IMG/VR virus record: IMGVR_UViG_3300008050_000020
Reading direction: 5' to 3' (one strand)
Length of the DNA: 64,000 nucleotides
Source: an uncultured virus (IMG/VR IMGVR_UViG_3300008050_000020)
Lineage: Duplodnaviria; Heunggongvirae; Uroviricota; Caudoviricetes
Under the pieces are notes generated by a model, which was not told the DNA's origin, searched no databases, and was given only the letters and a program-made list of their open reading frames with translations. A program made the position numbers and the translations under genes. Positions 59,141-64,000 of this stretch are shown piece by piece; position 1 is the first letter of the stretch; the number at the start of each line of letters is the position of its first letter.

Positions 59141-60448
59141 ATGGCTAAGCAAACCGATGCGGTGGACGACTTCACCTCTGACCTCATTAAGTCCCTCAAC
59201 AAAGAAGCTGGCTCAAAGGTTGCTTTCAACCTGGCCGAGGACGAATCTCCAACACACGTAAAGCGTTGGATCTCGTCAGGAAGCCGCTTGCTTGATTGGA
59301 TTGTTGCCAACAAGGTTGAGGGAGGCTATCCCGAAGGTCGAATTGTCGAAATCTTCGGCGATCCTGGCATTGGAAAGTCACATATCGCTGCGCAGATTTG
59401 TCGGTCAGCACAGAAGATGGGCGGTCTTGCTGTCTACATTGACACTGAGAATGCTACCAGCCCTGAAAACCTTGATCAGCTGGGCGTTCGAATTGACCGA
59501 CAGTTCGTCTATGTCTCGGAGCATTGCACAGAGAATGTGCTGAGTTACGCTGAGAAGACGATGATCAAGGCGCGAGCTCTCATGGGCAGCGGAAAGGATA
59601 TCCCAGTTGTCATCATCTGGGACTCTGTTGCTGCGACGTCTCCCAAGGCAGAGCTCGACGGCGAATACGACCAGAACTCCATCGGGCTTCAGGCTCGAAC
59701 CATCTCAAAGGGAATGCGAAAGATCACTGGAATTGTCGGTGATAACAACGTTCTTCTCGTTTGCCTCAATCAGACACGAACAAAGATTGGCGTCATGTAC
59801 GGCGACCCGACCACAACATCGGGCGGAAAGGCGATTCCATTCCACAGCTCAGTCCGCATTCAGCTCTTTGGTGGGAATCACATCAAGAACGATTTGGGCG
59901 AGATCATTGGAATCCACGTGAAGGCCAAGACGATCAAGAACAAGGTGGCAATGCCCTTCAGGCGCGCCGAGTTTGAGATTCATTTTGGCTATGGGATCAA
60001 GGAGTCAACGCAAATCTTCGAGCTCATGAAGGAATACGGTCCGACGCTTATCGGTGACAAGATCGTAGGTATTGGCAACTTCGCGGGGGACGGTCATCGT
60101 AAAATGATTGTTCTTCCGACTGCCAACGGAGAATTCAGTCTCGACGACTTTGAGTTCAATAAGAAGAAGAATCGCTTCAAGTGGCCGACGAAGGGCAATT
60201 TCCAGAAGAAGAAGATGGCTGAGCAGGCTCTAATTCACAAAAGCTTCTATCTGAAGGCTTTCGAGGATCTGCTCGAGGATCCCGATGTCAAGGATTACCT
60301 CGACGCACTGCTAGCCAAAATCATGACTCGCACATCTAAGAAGCGATTCGACGAAGACTCGGACATCAATCCTGAGTCCTATGTAGAGATGCAAGCGCTC
60401 GCGGCTGAGATCGAAGAAGGTCTTGGTGATTTGAGCGACCTGGAGTAG
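59141..60448 (+). CDS. recA: RecA/UvsX recombinase
   Basis: ISSGSRLLD, GGYPEGRIVEIFGDPGIGKS, YIDTEN, IWDSVAA, GLQAR, LNQTRTKIGVMYGDPTTTSGGKAIPFHSSVRI, KNKVAMPFR. Confidence 0.95.
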   Translation: MAKQTDAVDDFTSDLIKSLNKEAGSKVAFNLAEDESPTHVKRWISSGSRLLDWIVANKVEGGYPEGRIVEIFGDPGIGKSHIAAQICRSAQKMGGLAVYIDTENATSPENLDQLGVRIDRQFVYVSEHCTENVLSYAEKTMIKARALMGSGKDIPVVIIWDSVAATSPKAELDGEYDQNSIGLQARTISKGMRKITGIVGDNNVLLVCLNQTRTKIGVMYGDPTTTSGGKAIPFHSSVRIQLFGGNHIKNDLGEIIGIHVKAKTIKNKVAMPFRRAEFEIHFGYGIKESTQIFELMKEYGPTLIGDKIVGIGNFAGDGHRKMIVLPTANGEFSLDDFEFNKKKNRFKWPTKGNFQKKKMAEQALIHKSFYLKAFEDLLEDPDVKDYLDALLAKIMTRTSKKRFDEDSDINPESYVEMQALAAEIEEGLGDLSDLE

Positions 60449-60450
60449 TA

Positions 60451-60504
60451 ATGCAGAGCTCGGCGCCCATTCTTATCGTCGACGTTTCGTCAGTCACTTT
60501 GTAG
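60451..60504 (+). pseudogene. Orphaned 5' stub of the 5'-3' exonuclease gene
   Basis: SD GGAG, then ATG, reading MQSSAPILIVDVSSVTL*. SSAPILIVD is identical to the N-terminus of the gene at 61372. Confidence 0.85.
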
Positions 60505-60526
60505 CTGGTCTGCCTACCTACTCTCG

Positions 60527-61393
60527 ATGAGTCGGGCACACAACTACAAGCATCTCTCGGCAGAGGCTTTGTCCTCTGCTGTTGCTGCGTTCAGAGACGG
60601 TTCGACAATCGACGAAGTTCGAGAGTCTTGCGGTGTTGGACGAAACAAGATGATTCGCCTCCTCAAGGAGGCATTGGGCGAAGAGTACGAGTCTGTTGCA
60701 AAGCAGACACGCATTCGTCGATCCGCCCGCGAGGCACATCGAGCAAACACGGGACGAAAGAGAGGCCCGATGCCGATGTCTCAGCGACAGGCAATCTCCC
60801 AAGCGAAGATGGGTAAGTCTCTGTCTGATGAGCATCGACAGAGTATTTCTGAGGGACTTCATCGACATATTGCAGACAATGGGTTCTGGCACGACAAGGC
60901 GACGTGCCTCGAGATTGGCAGAAAGTCTCGCGATACGAAGCGACAGCAAGGCCTCTACGAAGAGTTCGGCAGAAAGATCAGCCAGCGATGGGCCGAGGGA
61001 TGCTATGAGAATCTCTACGGGAGTGGGCTGTGGCGTTCCAAGATCGAGGAGAGAGTCGAAGAGGTACTCTCAGATGTGTACGAGGTAGAAGGATCACATC
61101 GACTTGCTGTCGAAGGACGCCGCTACTGCTTTGACATCCTGCTGGTCGAGCACCTCCTTCTCATCGAGATCAACGGCGACTACTGGCATTGTAACCCTTC
61201 GAAGTACGATGCTGAGTTTTTTCATCCTCATCGGAAGCTGAACTCCAAGGCCATCTGGGAGTATGATTCACTGAAGGCTGCTGATGCCCAGGTCGCAGGG
61301 TTCAACACTCTCACACTCTGGGAAGAGGATGTGAATCGATGGACGGACAACGAGATTCTCGAGGCAGTCAAGTGTCATCTGCACCAATCCTGA
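60527..61393 (+). CDS. Free-standing homing endonuclease (NUMOD3-like repeats + Vsr/DUF559-like nuclease)
   Basis: N-terminal HTH-like region, QRQAISQAKMGKSLSDEHRQSIS repeats, C-terminal SKIE...FDILL...LLIEINGDYWHCNP...D..K...GFNTLTLWE. Confidence 0.85.
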   Translation: MSRAHNYKHLSAEALSSAVAAFRDGSTIDEVRESCGVGRNKMIRLLKEALGEEYESVAKQTRIRRSAREAHRANTGRKRGPMPMSQRQAISQAKMGKSLSDEHRQSISEGLHRHIADNGFWHDKATCLEIGRKSRDTKRQQGLYEEFGRKISQRWAEGCYENLYGSGLWRSKIEERVEEVLSDVYEVEGSHRLAVEGRRYCFDILLVEHLLLIEINGDYWHCNPSKYDAEFFHPHRKLNSKAIWEYDSLKAADAQVAGFNTLTLWEEDVNRWTDNEILEAVKCHLHQS

Positions 61394-62346
61394 TTGTTGA
61401 TGCACTAAACTTGTTTACGCGACATTTCATTGCGAACCCTGCAATGGTGTCTACGGGTTATCGCGCAGGCGAGCCCGCGGGCGGCATTGTAGGGTTTTTG
61501 AACTCTCTGAGATGGCTGATTGATACTCAGCATCCCAGCAGAGTTGTTGTTGTATGGGAGTCTGGGGGTTCGGCACGCAAGCGGAATCTGTTCAAAGAGT
61601 ACAAAGCTCATCGACGGCCCCAAAAGCTCAATCGATACTACGAAGACGACATCCCGGATACTACCGAGAATCGAAATTGGCAAGTTGCAACGATTGTGGC
61701 ACTTCTTCGATTCGTAGGCATCAATCAGGTCTATGTTCAGGACTGTGAAGCGGATGATGTCATTGGCTACATCTGTCGATACAAGTTTCCTGGACGACGA
61801 AAGGTAATTCTCTCGTCAGACAAAGACTTCTATCAGCTCCTGGACAAGGACACGCGTGTCTACAACCCTATGGGAAAGCGTTACGTGCTACCCGAGGATG
61901 TTTTTGAGCGCTTCGGAATCAAGCCACACAACTTTTGCACTGCCAAGGCACTGTGTGGTGACCCATCTGACAATATTCCGGGAATCAAAGGGGTCGGCTT
62001 TAAGACGCTTGCCAAGCGATTTCCGCAACTCGCGTCAGAAGATGATGTCTCTGTTCGCGACATCATTGCAGACGCCCAGAGCCGAATCGATCCCAAGGGA
62101 AAGGGTCCCAAGATCTACCAGCGCATTGTCGACGGAGAAGAGATTCTTCTTCGCAATTGGAAGCTGATGTATCTTGATACTCAAAACCTGTCGGGAAATC
62201 AGATTAAGCGCATTGAGCACGCAATTGATAATTTCAGCCCTGTGCGCGATAAGATGGGCCTCATGAGGAAGCTGGTGAAGGAGGGCATCTCCTCCTTCGA
62301 TGCTGATCGCTTTTTCACAGTCTGCAGGACCTACCTCAGAGACTAA
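61372..62346 (+). CDS. 5'-3' exonuclease / flap endonuclease (T4 RNase H-like)
   Basis: ILIVDALN, EYKAHR, CEADDVIG, SSDKDFYQL, GDPSDNIPGIKGVGFKT. GTG start at 61372 after GAGG. Confidence 0.93.
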   Translation: MSSAPILIVDALNLFTRHFIANPAMVSTGYRAGEPAGGIVGFLNSLRWLIDTQHPSRVVVVWESGGSARKRNLFKEYKAHRRPQKLNRYYEDDIPDTTENRNWQVATIVALLRFVGINQVYVQDCEADDVIGYICRYKFPGRRKVILSSDKDFYQLLDKDTRVYNPMGKRYVLPEDVFERFGIKPHNFCTAKALCGDPSDNIPGIKGVGFKTLAKRFPQLASEDDVSVRDIIADAQSRIDPKGKGPKIYQRIVDGEEILLRNWKLMYLDTQNLSGNQIKRIEHAIDNFSPVRDKMGLMRKLVKEGISSFDADRFFTVCRTYLRD

Positions 62347-62361
62347 TCCCAAGAGGAAAGA

Positions 62362-63768
62362 ATGACCGACACACCTGGTCAGGGCACAGTTGTCCCTCAC
62401 TTCAACAGGTACGATAAGCCCTTTCAGGAGAAGATCCTTCAGGCTCTACTGACTGACCGCGACTGGTCAGCTCAAATGGTCGAAGTGATGACTCCAGAGT
62501 ACTTTGAGCTCAAGTATCTACACTTCCTGACCGAAAAGTACTTCGAGCACTTTCAGCGTCACCGGACATTCCCGTCCATCTCGCTCATTGCGGCGATGGT
62601 CAAGGATGAGCTCCGCGGAACCGATGAGCGAATTCTCAAGCAGCAGATCGTTGAGTATCTTCATCGCATCAAGTTCACGCCGGCACTTCAAGATCTTGCG
62701 GAGGTAAAGGATAGGACCATTGAGTTCTGTCGAAAGCAGGCGATGAAGGAGGCACTCACGCAGTGTGTGGATCTCATTGAGGAGGGAAAGAACGAGCAGG
62801 TCACGGAGGTCATGAAGACTGCGCTTTCTGTGGGCGTTCCCACCTCTACAGGGCACGATTTCTTCGAAGACTTCGAAGCTCGGTTCGCGGCACAAACTCG
62901 AGTACCTTGTCCGACGGGAATCCCACAGCTTGACCGAGAAGATGTTTTGGCGGGAGGTCTAGCTCGAGGAGAGCTGGGTGTCATTACTGCTAATACTGGT
63001 GTCGGCAAGTCTCACATGCTTGTCAATTTCGGAGCTCACGCACTTCGACAGGGCAAGAACGTACTCCACTACACGTTTGAGCTTTCAGAAACAAAAGTTG
63101 GACTTCGCTACGACTCCAATCTGTGTGACATTCCAAGCAACGAAGTGATTGTGAACAAGGAAACTGTTCGCAAGGCTTATGAAGGGATGGAACTGGGCCG
63201 GCTCATCATCAAGGAGTACCCGACTGGATCAGCGTCAGTTGTCACTTTGCGCTCTCACATTGAGAAGCTGCAAATGAAGGGTTTCAAGCCGTCCCTCATA
63301 CTTATCGATTACGCGGACATCATGCGGTCCACGCGAAGCTACGATTCAATGAGGCACGAGCTCAAGCTGATCTACGTTGAAGTCCGAAACCTTTCGCAAG
63401 AGCTTGGTGTCCCCATCTGGACTGCTAGTCAGGCCAACCGGGATTCTGCAAACTCTGAGATTGTGGGTCTTGAGAACATGGCTGAGGCGTATGGCAAGGC
63501 CATGGTCGCCGATGTTGTCATCTCGATCTCTCGAAAGGCGTCCGAGAAGGCAACTGGCTTCGGTCGACTGTTCGTTGCTAAGAATCGTGCTGGTCGAGAC
63601 GGCTTGCTCTTTCACATCAAGTTGGATACTGCACGGTCGAAGGTGACTGCTGCAGATCCAGATGAGGAGCAGACGTTTGCTGAGGCAGCGGTGCAAGACG
63701 AGGCATACAAAAAGACTCGTCTGACTGAGGCCTACAATGAACTCAAGGCTGAAATCGCGGCTAAGTGA
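62362..63768 (+). CDS. Replicative DnaB-like helicase (gp41-like)
   Basis: PTGIPQLD, GGLARGELG, ANTGVGKS, YTFELSE, IIKEYPTG, IDYADIM, IWTASQANR, KNRAGRDG. Confidence 0.93.
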   Translation: MTDTPGQGTVVPHFNRYDKPFQEKILQALLTDRDWSAQMVEVMTPEYFELKYLHFLTEKYFEHFQRHRTFPSISLIAAMVKDELRGTDERILKQQIVEYLHRIKFTPALQDLAEVKDRTIEFCRKQAMKEALTQCVDLIEEGKNEQVTEVMKTALSVGVPTSTGHDFFEDFEARFAAQTRVPCPTGIPQLDREDVLAGGLARGELGVITANTGVGKSHMLVNFGAHALRQGKNVLHYTFELSETKVGLRYDSNLCDIPSNEVIVNKETVRKAYEGMELGRLIIKEYPTGSASVVTLRSHIEKLQMKGFKPSLILIDYADIMRSTRSYDSMRHELKLIYVEVRNLSQELGVPIWTASQANRDSANSEIVGLENMAEAYGKAMVADVVISISRKASEKATGFGRLFVAKNRAGRDGLLFHIKLDTARSKVTAADPDEEQTFAEAAVQDEAYKKTRLTEAYNELKAEIAAK

Positions 63769-63830
63769 ACTGAGTATAGTATCGTGCCTGTAAAGTTCGC
63801 ATTGAACAGCGTACGCTCTGGAGAGGCCTA

Positions 63831-64000
63831 ATGGCGACATTGCAAGAAGTGACAGCAGCGTCACTCGACTATTTCAACGGCGACAAGCTCGCGGCAAACG
63901 TTTTTGCGACAAAGTATCCGTTGATGTCACCAGACGGCGACATTCTAGAAGTGACGCCCGATGATATGCATCGCCGGATGGCTCGGGAGTTTGCGCGAGT
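63831..64000 (+). CDS. nrdJ: Ribonucleotide reductase, class II (B12-dependent)-type N-terminus, truncated by window edge
   Basis: MATLQEVTAASLDYFNGDKLAANVFATKYPL...EVTPDDMHRRMAREFAR, with SD GAGG upstream. Confidence 0.75.
   Translation, partial: MATLQEVTAASLDYFNGDKLAANVFATKYPLMSPDGDILEVTPDDMHRRMAREFAR

Noticed and set aside
60451..61401. Group I intron interpretation of the endonuclease insertion
   Set aside because: Only ~40 nt separate the stub's last shared codon from the endonuclease start, and the downstream gene has its own complete N-terminus. This is disfavoured but not experimentally excluded.
1..64000. Stop-codon reassignment, tRNA genes, inteins
   Set aside because: Core genes are full length in the standard code and end in TAA, TGA or TAG. 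I saw no cloverleaf or intein motifs by eye. tRNAscan-SE was not run.

Overview
This is a 64-kb segment of a large T4-like (jumbo) myovirus genome. Genes are densely packed, all credible ones lie on the + strand, and the standard code reads them cleanly. Left to right it holds: large Ser/Thr-rich virion genes interrupted by a GIY-YIG homing endonuclease; a RuvC-like resolvase, primase and a single-chain Mre11-Rad50 (SbcD-SbcC) fusion; the head module (terminase, portal, prohead protease, scaffold, major capsid); neck and tail genes (gp13/14/15-like, two tandem tail sheaths, tail tube, gp26-like chaperone, tape measure, baseplate); and a replication module (minimal PolA, degenerate HD protein, gp32-like SSB, RecA/UvsX, a second free-standing endonuclease, 5'-3' exonuclease, DnaB-like helicase, start of a class II RNR). 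The most notable observations are: (1) at least 10 otherwise unrelated small proteins share an N-terminal MK(L/I)Txxx(L/I)RxxIxEE leader, often followed by an L-x-E site, a candidate capsid-loading tag for cargo proteins; (2) an endonuclease inserted into the 5' end of the exonuclease gene, leaving the old N-terminus as a stub and supplying a replacement copy with all 9 shared codons synonymously recoded, with two related events elsewhere; (3) one tagged small gene ends in a 45/46-nt in-frame copy of a tail-sheath segment; (4) a candidate +1 frameshift at a T7 run upstream of the tape measure gene; (5) a recurring nATAnnTA late-promoter motif. All product calls come from motif recognition and synteny. 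No database search was run.
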